Positions 34,008-44,388 of a stretch of DNA of 64,000 nucleotides are shown piece after piece. Below the pieces are notes generated by a model. That model saw only the letters and a list, made by a program, of their open reading frames with translations. It searched no databases and was not told the origin of the DNA. The position numbers and the translations under genes were made by a program. The stretch comes from Emiliania huxleyi CCMP1516. Lineage: Eukaryota. Each line of letters begins with the position of its first letter. Position 1 is the stretch's first letter. The stretch lies in NCBI RefSeq assembly GCF_000372725.1, contig NW_005201223.1:218602-282601 (forward strand). The letters run 5' to 3'.

Positions 34008-37000
34008 TCAAGAGAGCTGCCGCACGTCCACCACGAGCGAGGTGATGTTGTCCATCGAGCCGCGCACGGAGGCGAGGTCGCAGAGGGCGGAGGCGGCGGT
34101 GATTGCGTCCGGCGCGCGCAGGACCACCTGGGGATCGCGGCGNNNNNNNNNNNNNNNNNNNNNNNNNNNNNNNNNNNNNNNNNNNNNNNNNNNNNNNNNN
34201 NNNNNNNNNNNNNNNNNNNNNNNNNNNNNNNNNNNNNNNNNNGAGGAGTGTGCTGCGGCGGCAAAGCCTCCCCTCAAGTCATCCCTCAAGAAATCCGGTG
34301 GCAACCAGGCGACTCCCAACGCGCAGACAGCCCGGGCGGCCATCGCCTCAAAAGCAGCGCAGGCGCTGGTGCCGGTCCTCGCGCGAGGTGCCGTCCCGCC
34401 TCCGTCGTGCTGCAAGCGCATCCGCTCCAAGTGCTGCTCCGGAGGATGCGGCGGCGGCCGGTGCTCAAAGTGCTGCGACCGCTCCGCAGGGGGGGCTCCA
34501 GAGGCGGTGGCGGCCGCTGCTGCGGCGGGTCGGATAAGGGAGATCCGCGCCGTGATGGAGGATTCAGCTGTGGCCCGCGACTTCGCCACAAAGTAGCGCA
34601 CCATCTACTCCTGGTGGCGGCGGCGGGGTAGGCGGCGGCGGCGCCTTTGCGCACTGCTGCTCGTCGACCACGTCCCACAGCCCATCCGACGCGAGCACCT
34701 GCAGAAGGGGGGGGCGTGTCGCACACACCCAGCAGCCGGGAGAGACGCACACGAGCTCGGCGACGGCGCCAAGAAGGCGTCGGACGGCCCGAGCTCGTAC
34801 GTCTTGATCTCAGGCTCCGCCGTGACGCCGTACCTGGCAGCCGAGATCAGCCGAGATCAGCCGAGATCAGCCGAGACCGCAGGCGAGGTCTTGATCTCTC
34901 TGGCTCCGCCATGGCGCCGCACCGCTTTAGATGGCAGTCCCCAAACGCGCGCGAGACGGCGAGGTCGCCTGAGAGGGGAGGAGGATGGAGTCTTCGGACT
35001 CGTCCGCAACCCCTCGCCGCAGCCTCTCTCTCCGCACTCCTCCGCACTGTCTTCTCCGCACCCCTCTTCCGCACGGGCCACGGCTGACGGCGAAGCGGGA
35101 GGGGAGGGGAGGGAGCTGGCAAGGCGGCGTGCGCACCCTGCACTCGCCAGCACCCGGCAAAGATGACGTGCCCCCCCGCTGCCTCGACCCTCGCCCTCTC
35201 GTCGGGCCGGTTGGGCTTGTGGTCCTCGGAGAGCGGCCTGCGGGAGGACCGTGACATGTCGCGGACGTGTCGTGGGCGTGTCGTGGACGTGTCGCGGACG
35301 TGTTGCGGACGTGTCGTGGACGTGTCGTGGGCGTGTCGTGGACGTGTCGTGGACGAGTGAATGGTGCTGGTGGTGGATGGACCCCTCGGGGACCGCCAGC
35401 CGACTGCGCACTGTCTGCGCTCGATCTCGGCCCGATCTCTACTCGATCTCCCCGCACCTCGCACTGCCCTCCGCGTGGACCATCGCGGCGCGCGAGTCTC
35501 CGACGTTGACAACCATTAGACGCCGCCTGCAGGAGGGATCCGAGAGGGGTCCGAGCAAAGCCCGCCACGGCGTCGGCCCGCTCTCCCCCCCCCCGCGCGC
35601 GCGCGCCTCCCGCCCGGCGTCGCTGGCCGGAGGAGGATGCAACAGATGCCGGTGGAGCCGTCCGGGATCGCATTTTGCACCGCGTGCTTGACGAACTCTC
35701 CTGATGCCGCGAGATCAGCCGAGATCAACCGAGGTCAGCCGAGATCGCGCCGCGTGCTTGACGAGCTCTCCGTCGGTCGCCAGCCACGCGTCGACGCACG
35801 CGCGCGCCACGTCGTCCTCGCCGAGCTGCGCGCCTGCAGGGGCGGGCAGAGGCAGCCCGTCGCAAGACTGCCGTCGCAGGACTGCCCGCCACGTCACAGG
35901 ACTGCCGCGAGCGGACAGGGCGGCGCAGGCCCACAGGGCGCAGGCCCAGGGGACAGCAGAGGCACCGCGGCGGCTGCAGAGCGCGTGGCGGGCCTCAGAC
36001 GGACGCCAGCGGTCCGCGGCTAAGCGAGCAGCCGAGGGGAATTCTGCTACGCTGCTACTACTACGCTGCTACTACTACGCTGCTACTCCTACGCTGCTAC
36101 TCCTACGCTGCTACTCCTACGCTGCTACTCCTACGCTGCTACTACTCGCGGTCCGCGCGCCGCCGTTCCGCTCCACCGCCGAGACGATGTACGCCTGCAG
36201 CTTGGGCAGGAGGTGGCCTCTCGCCCACGCGGCGGCTCGCTTGCCGCCGTGCCCGTCGTAGACGGCGAAGAAGTGCGTGAGCCTGGCGAGCGGTTTGGGA
36301 AGGGCGAGCACTTGGACCAGGCAGCGGTTGGACGAGGCGACGGGGTAGAGGAAGGGGGGTGGGGCGTGCGCACCGGCGGGGAAAGGGGTGGGGTGGGGTG
36401 CTGGGGTGGGTTCGGCTCGCGGGCGCGTGTCGGGGCTTGGCACCCCGCAGCGCCGCAAGTCGAGGAGAGACCGGACACCTGGTAAGGTAAGGGAAGGTAA
36501 GGTAAGGTGAGGTGAGGTACGGACACCTGGGGCGGTTGCTGCGGCGGAGGCTGGCGGAAGATCTCTCGACTCTCGCGCAAACAGCAGGCGGACAGGGGTG
36601 CGTTTGAGATCGTCGCTCGCTGGGACCGAGCCCACGGCTCGGCGCGACCCCTCGGAGTCGCACTGAGGCCTCCTCCGCCGCTGCTCTGCCGTGAGTGTGT
36701 GGTTGTGCGTGTGCCGGGGGCAGCGGCGGCGGGCGGGAGGCAGGGAGGGAGAGCGTGGGCATGCGGAGACCTGGTGCATATCCTCCATGTACGGCCGGCG
36801 CCCCTGGATCGCACTCACGCCCCACTGCAGCCCGTCGAGCAGCCCCGTCTCGTGCACGGGCTGGACCTAACGGAGCATTGGCGACCACCTTGACTGGCGA
36901 CCATCTGTCGGCGAGATTTGCGGCGAGCAGAGCGCAACGAGGCGGCTGCGGCGCGGGCGGGCGAGAGTTCGGCGGCGGAGTGGCCGGGTGGAAGGCGCGG

Positions 37001-37474
37001 CGCGGCCGCTCGCCGAGGCGCGGCTGCCGCCGCCGCGTGCCGAGGGGCGGCTAGTGCGGCAGTGCGGCGGGGTGACCAGTGCGGGCGGCTGGTGGCGGCC
37101 GGGGGCATTCGGTGCTGGCAGAGGGGGCGAAACCGGCGGTGCGGGAGGTGCGAGTGGCGCTGGCAGTGCGGGCGGCGCGGCGCAGCGCGCGCCTCCTCGC
37201 GTCCGGGCGGGCCGCGGCCACCGGAGGCGAAGCAGAGGAAGAGGCCGAGGCAAAGCAGTACGAAGAGGGGAGAGACGTTGAAGACGTGGCGCAACGTCAT
37301 GACCGCCGCGAGGCCGCCCAGGAGCTGCTGGTTTATGCTGAGCGCCTGGAAGGGCGCGGGAGGCGTGAGCGAGAGCGGTTGCGAGGAAGGATGGTGCCCC
37401 CAGGTTGTCACCATATTGTCGGCTTGTCGGGCAAGCAAGAAATTGGTGCGGCTCGGAGCCCTGAGTGGCGATGT

Positions 37475-37510
<36 letters not shown>

Positions 37511-37685
37511 ACGCGCGGTCTTCCGCGGGGGGAGCTGCGTCGACGGGTGCGGGACCGCGGCGCAGCCAGGGCCGCGGCGAGGCCTCCGGCTGTTTGCGGC
37601 GGGCGGCTTGCTGCTCGCTGCGATGGCGAAAAACTCGTCTCGCCACACGCCAAGGGCTTATGCTCTGGCGAGACGTGAGGCGCAT
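34008..37685 (-). CDS. Protein phosphatase 2C (PPM family) with an N-terminal TM segment; multi-exon, spans a gap; start approximate
   Basis: QGRRPYMED, FFAVYDGHGG, DGSTG, VNVGDSRA, LSEDHKPNRPDE, LAVSRAFGD, VLASDGLWDV and RGSMDNIT motifs, in order. Confidence 0.93.
34243..34590 (+). repeat. Inverted near-identical copy of 28230-28576 (LRR gene exon), next to a gap inside the last PP2C intron
   Basis: Reverse-complement match with a few SNPs. Confidence 0.9.
35257..35356. repeat. Intronic 11-nt tandem repeat (GACGTGTCGTG)n
   Basis: About 9 degenerate copies. Confidence 0.85.
36045..36146. repeat. Intronic 15-nt tandem repeat (CTACGCTGCTACTmC)n
   Basis: About 7 copies. Confidence 0.85.
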
Positions 37686-37974
37686 GCGCCCAGGAGGGGA
37701 GGGGGCATGTGTAACGACACTGCTAGAGATGCCTTTCGGGGCCCAGAGATAAAACTTCTGTGATGCCATGCGTGACCTAGTAGTGTCCCCAGCTATGGGC
37801 GTGTCCACGTTGGAGCCAGGTGTGGTGTGGGCGCGAGAATAGCTCCGCCGTTCATGGAGGCAACCGATGCGAGTCGACTGGTGTGTGTCGTCGTGGTTTC
37901 GTATCAAGAATTCTCTCTCTCTCTCTCTCGATGTCGGGTGAGAGTGTACGTCATGCTCGTGTCTAGTGTCTGGT

Positions 37975-38805
37975 GTTTACTAGCTCCGAGTAGAGGGGGC
38001 GTTCCGCCGCTAGGGGACACCCAAAGCGCAGAACCAACCCTCGGAGACCCGTGTTTACTTTAAGGCCCTTGCCCTGCGAATGCGCACCCCCGGGGCTAGG
38101 GCTCTCTAGCCCGTGACCCGATCCCGATCATCCGGCCCGCTGGGTGCGCTTCTTAGCTCCCCGGCCCTGGATGTGAGGTTACCGACTGCACTCCAAGTGC
38201 TCCAAGTGCATCCGGGTACACGGAACCATCCCTCGGAGACGTGTTATGGCCCTGCGACCGCGCACCCCCGGGGCTAGGGCTTGCCCGAGGGCTAGAGCGC
38301 GCCGGCGGGCGCGCTCTAGCCGGTAACCCGATCCCGATCATCCCGGCCAACTGGGTGCGCTCCTCAGCTCCCCGGTCCTGGATGTGAGGCTGATGACCGC
38401 ACTCTCCAAGTGCTCCAAGATCCGGCCCGCTTGGTGCGCTCTCCCCGGCCCTGGATGTGAGGTTGCCGACTGCACTCCAAGTGCTCCAAGTGTGCTTCGA
38501 GTAGAGGGGCTCTCCGCCGCTAGGGGAAACCCAAAGCGCAGACCAACCCTCGGAGACCCGTGTTTACTTTCGGCCCTTTCCCTGCGAACGCGCACCCCCC
38601 AAGGGCTAGGGCTCTCAGCCCGTAACCCGATCCCGATCATCTGGCTCGCTGTGGGTGCGCTTCTTAGCTCCCCGGCCCTGGATGTGGAGGCTGATGACTG
38701 CACTCCAAGTGCTCCAAGTGCCGCTCCGCTCCCCGGCCCTGGATGTGAGGCTACTCTGACCCCCGGCCCCGCTGCACTCCAAGTGCTCCAAGTGCTCCAA
38801 GCTGG
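37975..38805 (+). repeat. Cluster of a modular dispersed repeat (GAGTAGAGGGG..AACCCTCGGAGACCCGTGTTTACTTT..CCGATCCCGATCATC..CCCTGGATGTGAGG..CACTCCAAGTGCTCCAAG); further copies ~40440-40720 (+), ~43695-43930 (-) and ~43970-44050 (+)
   Basis: Direct comparison of the shared modules. Confidence 0.85.
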
Positions 38806-38948
38806 CACGAGCCACGACCTCCCGGGAACGCCACATTGCAAAAAACACATATTCCCCGGCACACGCCATACACGCACACGTCAGAGCTCATCACAGACGT
38901 CGCCCCCAGAGTGCCTTTCGAGAGCCTCCCGGGGGACACTCCCGCGCG

Positions 38949-40359
38949 TCATGACTCGTCGTGCTCCTCCACCTCGGGGTCGTCCTCGTCCCGCTCGTCG
39001 GGGTCGCGCGGCTCGACGTCCTCGTGGTACTGCAGCGCGTTGTCGATCTGCGCGAGGATCTCGTCCACCGAGTCGGTGTCGCGCGGGTCGAGCGGCAGGA
39101 ACTGCACCATCGACCAGTCCTCGAGCAGCTCGCAGATGGCCGAGTTGAGCCGGAGGAAGGCGGGGCGCGTGCCTACTCACGCCGCGGCGCTGTGAAGAGC
39201 TCGCCGGGAAGCGTTGAGCGGAGGGGGGCGGGGGGGGGGGGGGAGGGCGCGCGCCCTCGTCCAGCCTCGAGCGCAGCACCTATTCACAGCCGGAGCCGTG
39301 AAGAGCTCGCGGCGAGGAGAGGCCGGACTCGTCGAGCCTCGAGCGCGCGGCACCGCCGCGTCCGCGTCGAGCAACTCGTCGAGCAGGCGGCGGTTGGGCA
39401 GCAAGTCGCACTTTGAGAGCACCTGCTCGCCACTCCGGCGCGTGAGCCGCTCGCCGCCAAGAGGGCGGCGTCTCGCGCGATGCCCGGGGCTGAGCTCCGC
39501 ACGTTGCAGTGCGGCAGCTCGAGCATCGTCATGGCGGAGAGGCAGGCGAGCACGCCGGCCACGAACTTTGGCGCGTCCTGCAGGGAGGTCGAGCCGAGTG
39601 AGAGTGTCACCCGTCACGGCGTGTCAGTTCTGAATCGACAGGATCGGGTCGCGTCCTGCAGGAAGGTCGAGTCGATCAGGTAGACCGAGGCGAGCCGAAA
39701 GCCCATGCGCTGCAGCTCGGAGACGACGCGGCTCATCGCGGGCACGTGCGAGTAGAGCTCGACCTCAGGGGCAGCCAGACAGTGGGAGGTGGTGCGATGC
39801 GATGCGATGCGATGTGATGTGACGTGGTATTGAGCTCGACCTGGCCCGGGCAGTCAAACAGGACGTACTCGTCGCCGCCTGAGACGTGACGAGGCGCAGC
39901 GAGCCGCGCTGAGCGGCGGCGAGAGCGGGCGAGAGCGGGGCAGAGCCGCAGTGCGGGCGCGACGGCGGCGGCAGCGGCGGGCGGCAGCGGAGCAGGCAGT
40001 AGAGCAGTGAAACCGCGCGCAGCGGCGGCAGCGGCGGCAGCTGCGCACGGCGGGAGGCGGGCGGCAGCACCGAGGTCGTCGAGTTCCGACTCGAGCCAGT
40101 CAATGTTGTCGACGAGGTACTCCATCGCGTAGATGAGCCCGCCGTTCGGGCCCAGCCGCAGCTCGCTCATCACGTCCTCGAGCGGCACGAGGTCGCGGAT
40201 GTCGGCCGCGACCGGGTACCGAAAGTGCTCCGCTGCTGGGTCGAGGTTGACGACGTGGACGCGCCGCCGCTGCGCCTCGCAGTGCGTGCGCATGAGGTTG
40301 CAGTATGTCGACTTGCCGGCGCCGGCCGGGCCGATGACGAGCGTCGCGCAGCGGACCAT
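38949..40359 (-). CDS. GPN3: GPN-loop GTPase 3, multi-exon
   Basis: [61 protein letters not shown] and [11 protein letters not shown]. Confidence 0.95.
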
Positions 40360-40762
40360 ATGTGTATGTTGCACCTGACGGCCTGCTCGGGCCGGCCCGG
40401 CGCGCAGAGCAAAACGCCAAAGAAAAACATCGGCCTCTGAGTAGAGGGCGTCCTGCAGTTAAGGGGAAACCCGTACGCGGGGCCAACCCTCGGAGACCCG
40501 TGTTTACTTTATGGCCCCTTCCCCGCGAACGCGCATCCCCCCGTGAAGCGTGAACCGTGATAGGCCGTATGAGAGGGGTTTTTCTTGCCCGCAACCTCCC
40601 GCGGATCATGTACATGCGGCCGATCAAATCCGATCATCCGGCCCGCTGGGTGCGCTTTCTCAGCTCCGCGGCCCCCAGGGTGTGAGGTTCATAACTGCAC
40701 TCCAAGTGCTCCAAGTGCTACGCAGGACCGAGCCTCGTCACGGTGCCGCGATTTTGACACCT

Positions 40763-42535
40763 TTAAGCGCTCAGCCTTTCTCTTTCTCTCGGCTCACCCT
40801 CGCGGGGACAGTACCCCGAGGCGGAGAGAGAGATTCTCTTCGAGGCGGTGACCGGTCTCCTGGGCCGAACCCGGAGGTAGCACCAGCAGCAGCAGCCCAG
40901 AAAGAGAAGACCGCACAGCGCAGTCACTTGGAATCGTAGGCACCATGTGTAACCACAGAGTGAGATCGTCCTGGCCAGCTTAGAGCCGAGCAAAAGGGGA
41001 TCCCCAAGCTTAGAGCCGAGCAAAAGGGGATTGCACGGGTCTTGCACAACCTCCAAGCCCACGCTGCTGTCGATGCTGTGACTGCGACGGACCTCAACAT
41101 CGTAGCCACTGCCATTGGAGCGGTGCACGGCCACGTCTCGAAGCTGCACGGCATTGGAATCCTCGATCACGATTGCAGGCCGGCCGTCGGCAACTGCGGG
41201 AGCAAGGCTGGCGGTAACGTTTTTCAGATGCACGCCCCGAACCCTTCGAAAGTACGCGGCATAAGCGGGAACGTCGCCCATAGGGTACTTTTTTGCCAGT
41301 GTTATGCCGGGCAAACATGTTGCTGCCACCTCGCCCAGGCCTGGGAAACGCAGCTCGACGTCCCGGAACGAGATGCCCGGCCCAATAGGATGCTCTTGAA
41401 AGATGTGCTCAAGCACTAATCTAGGCATACCATCGAGCATGGCGACCGGAGTCGCATACAGACCTTTTGTTTCCCTTGCGCGCAGGTTCTCTGCAAAGAT
41501 GCGATGCAAATTGATGTTGCGGATGCTGCCAACTCGCGCGTCGCGGCTCTCGACCAGCTTCATTGGGCGGCGCAATCGGGCGTAGATCGCAAAGAAGAAC
41601 GGCGAGGCGAGATCGCTCATCTGAATATCCCTAAAAGTAAGGTCGTGAATGTGCGCACCGTCGTAGGACGTCAGAGCGATTCCTGACATCGCGCCCATCA
41701 GCTTAAGGTTCTCGAACGTGAAATTGTAGAAGTCGCCTACCGTCTCGGTGCCGAACGCAATGGCAGCATATCCATGGCTGGAGCCAAGGATGCTGTTGCG
41801 GACGAGCACGTTGTAACTAGCCACAGACTTGCCGCGGCTATAGTCGCTTCCAAACTTGAGCGCGTCATCTCTCCCGCCGTGGATGCGGATGTCTTCCACA
41901 TGCACGTTTCTGCTCTGCATCAGGTTGATGCCGTCACGAACCGCGCGAAGGTCAAACCCGGCGAGATGGATGCCGTCACAGTTGGTGAAGAGCATGGTGA
42001 ACCAACCGCCATCGCGGAGCGTCAGGCTGCCCGTGACTGCCACCCGAGCCGAGTCCACAAACGAGAACATCTTGCAGCCGCCGCCTTTGGGCGGCTTGCT
42101 GTTCGCCAAGCCTCCGTTTCCATCGACCACACCTTCACCAGTGATAGTCACGTTCCTGACACCATTGCCATAGAAGAGCGCGTCGCTCCAGCCGCCGTGC
42201 CCGTAGTCCTGATACGAGCTCCAGCGATTCCGGCTCGCAGTGATGTACTCGCCCGACTTGGAGCTCGCCCCGAGCACCACCGCGCTGCTGCGGATGCGCA
42301 CAACGGTATCGTGAGGAAGCTCAATGGTGCCGCTGATGAAGCGCCCATGCTCAAATATGATTTCTCCACACGCGGCAAGTGCGTTGCCAATCGCTGCCGT
42401 GGAGCTGCTGTTGCCCGAGGCGTCCGCTCCGAAGTCTGACACCGAGCACCTCCTCGCCAGGTCTCGCGCGGCAAAGCTGGCCTGCACCGAGAGCGGCGAA
42501 GGCTCGTACCCGGTGGTGCGAGCGGCATAGCTCAT
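40763..42535 (-). CDS. Glycoside hydrolase family 28-like (pectin-lyase beta-helix) protein, intronless, with a C-terminal TM segment
   Basis: DFGADASG, GRFISGTIEL, NVTITGEGVVDGNG, RDGINL, GRDDALKFGS, SHGYAAIAFGTET and PFFF motifs. Confidence 0.85.
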   Translation of the reverse strand: MSYAARTTGYEPSPLSVQASFAARDLARRCSVSDFGADASGNSSSTAAIGNALAACGEIIFEHGRFISGTIELPHDTVVRIRSSAVVLGASSKSGEYITASRNRWSSYQDYGHGGWSDALFYGNGVRNVTITGEGVVDGNGGLANSKPPKGGGCKMFSFVDSARVAVTGSLTLRDGGWFTMLFTNCDGIHLAGFDLRAVRDGINLMQSRNVHVEDIRIHGGRDDALKFGSDYSRGKSVASYNVLVRNSILGSSHGYAAIAFGTETVGDFYNFTFENLKLMGAMSGIALTSYDGAHIHDLTFRDIQMSDLASPFFFAIYARLRRPMKLVESRDARVGSIRNINLHRIFAENLRARETKGLYATPVAMLDGMPRLVLEHIFQEHPIGPGISFRDVELRFPGLGEVAATCLPGITLAKKYPMGDVPAYAAYFRRVRGVHLKNVTASLAPAVADGRPAIVIEDSNAVQLRDVAVHRSNGSGYDVEVRRSHSIDSSVGLEVVQDPCNPLLLGSKLGDPLLLGSKLARTISLCGYTWCLRFQVTALCGLLFLGCCCWCYLRVRPRRPVTASKRISLSASGYCPREGEPRERERLSA

Positions 42536-42559
42536 AATCGGTCGTGGCTCCTGCGTGGC

Positions 42560-43375
42560 CTTGGCCTGCTGCGTTACGTGCACGTGTGCGGCAGTGCGGC
42601 GCCGGCGGGGGCGGGCACCCTGCAGTGCACGCCGGGTGTTTGGGCGTTACATCATCTCGGCCTGATCTCGGCGACCGAACACACATGGACATGGAGAAAG
42701 AGACGCCCGCAAGCAAGAGAGTCTAAGAAGCCTTACAACGACAAGACCAAGGCACGGGCAGAGGAACGAGAGAAGAATATAGGGTGGATAAAGCGCCTGG
42801 TTCACGGCATGGATGGAGGGTGAGCCACACCGAACGTACCGAGCGAAGAGCCGAGCGGAAGGAAGGAAGCCGGAGAAGATGACTCCGAGGAAGACGAACC
42901 AGTGGAAATCCAGTTGTCAGATGTCACGATGCACCCGAAGGGGACCCCAGCGCCGGCATCATCCGTACATGTACATGTACATGTTGTAGAGGCACGAGTG
43001 TTCGAAGAGAGAGTGGACCTGAGCAACGACATGACTTGGCGGCAAATGATCGGAGTGGGATGTGGGAGTCAGAAATGTGGTCCTTGCGCGAGGGGAGCTC
43101 GATAGACTCGAGGGGCCAGGGTACGCCGCGAGGAGGACGGAGTTGCGCCGAAAGGCGAAAGAAGCCGCGAGAACAAGGGACCGGCAGGCGGCGGCGTCGC
43201 AGGACGAGGCAGAAGAGAACGACGCGACAGAGGAGGAAGTGACAAGGGAGAGAACCAGGAGAGAACGACGAGAGTGGGACGACCGCGAGGTGGCATGAAG
43301 GTTGCAGCGAGAAGCGGCGAGAGACTGCGAAGAGAGATAGGAAGAGGCAGACTCCCTAGGGTGGGCGACGGCTAG
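42560..43375 (+). mobile_element. Degenerate purine-rich retroelement-like fragment related to 9130-10064
   Basis: Shared ND.T.AR...RE..I.W...L..G peptide and V.DG-stop end; frameshifted. Confidence 0.4.
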
Positions 43376-44388
43376 CGCATCACACACCTCTCCTTAAAAT
43401 CCCTGTGTGGTGGCGGCGTGCCGTCCTCCCATCCCTCCCTTGGGTTGTCTGTTTTCTTTCTTTCTTTCTTTTTAAGAAGCCTTGACTCGGTAAGTAAGTA
43501 AGACAGGCCCCTCGATTGCTCGATAACAGGCGCGTCACCAAGGAGGGCGGCGAGACCGACCTCTCCACAGCAGTCAGCCAGCCAGGCAGCCCAGGAGGCG
43601 CGGCCAAAGACGAGTTGTGACGATAGATAGTGCTACTGATGGGGTCTCGCACTTGTTGCTCCCTCTGGTGTTCCTCTATTTTTGTGACATGCCCGCTGCA
43701 CTTGGAGCATTTGGAGTGCAGTCGGCAACCTCACATCCAGGGCCGGGGAGCTAAGAAGCGCACCCAGCGGGCCAGATGATCGGGATCGGGTATTCGGGTT
43801 GCGGGCTAGAGAGCCCTAGCCCTGGGGGGTGCGCGTTCGCCGTTCGCAGGGAAAGGGCCGTAAAGTAAACACGGGTCTCCGAGGGTTGGCTCCGTCTACC
43901 GGGTTTCCCCTTAACTTCAGAACGCCCCCTAAAAAAAAGAAAGAAAACAGACGGGGCGTGCAGTGTGGTGTTTATTAGCTCCGAGTAGAGGGGGCGTCCT
44001 GCAGTTAAGGGGAAACCCGGTACGCGGCCAACCCTCGGAGACCTGTGTCTACCTTTAGGAGGGTGAATCAGAGCAGCGAGCGGGCGAGTCACCATTCGCG
44101 CCGACGACCCAACCTCACGGAACAACCCAACAACCCAACCCAACCCAACACGAAACAACCCAACTCAAAGCACGATTCTGAAGTTGGGCCCTCAGCGCGC
44201 GTCCGCGGAAGTTCGAACTTCCGTAACAGATGAATGAAGTAAAAGATGTGAATCAACGGAGAGTCCGTGAAGGACGCAGAGGCAGAAGAAGAGGTAGGAG
44301 AGGAGAGGATCTCCGTGAGTCTCCAGCGGGAAACTAGTGGCCTATCACGAGTTAGGGCCCCCACCCCGGCGCGAAATTCTTTGTTTTG

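Noticed and set aside
34243..34590. LRR-gene exon copy inside a PP2C intron as exon shuffling
   Set aside because: Abuts a 100-N gap; a misplaced allelic contig is as likely and cannot be resolved without long reads.
7460..42535. Polysaccharide gene cluster (GT8, GT34, GH28)
   Set aside because: Spread over 35 kb with many unrelated genes in between.
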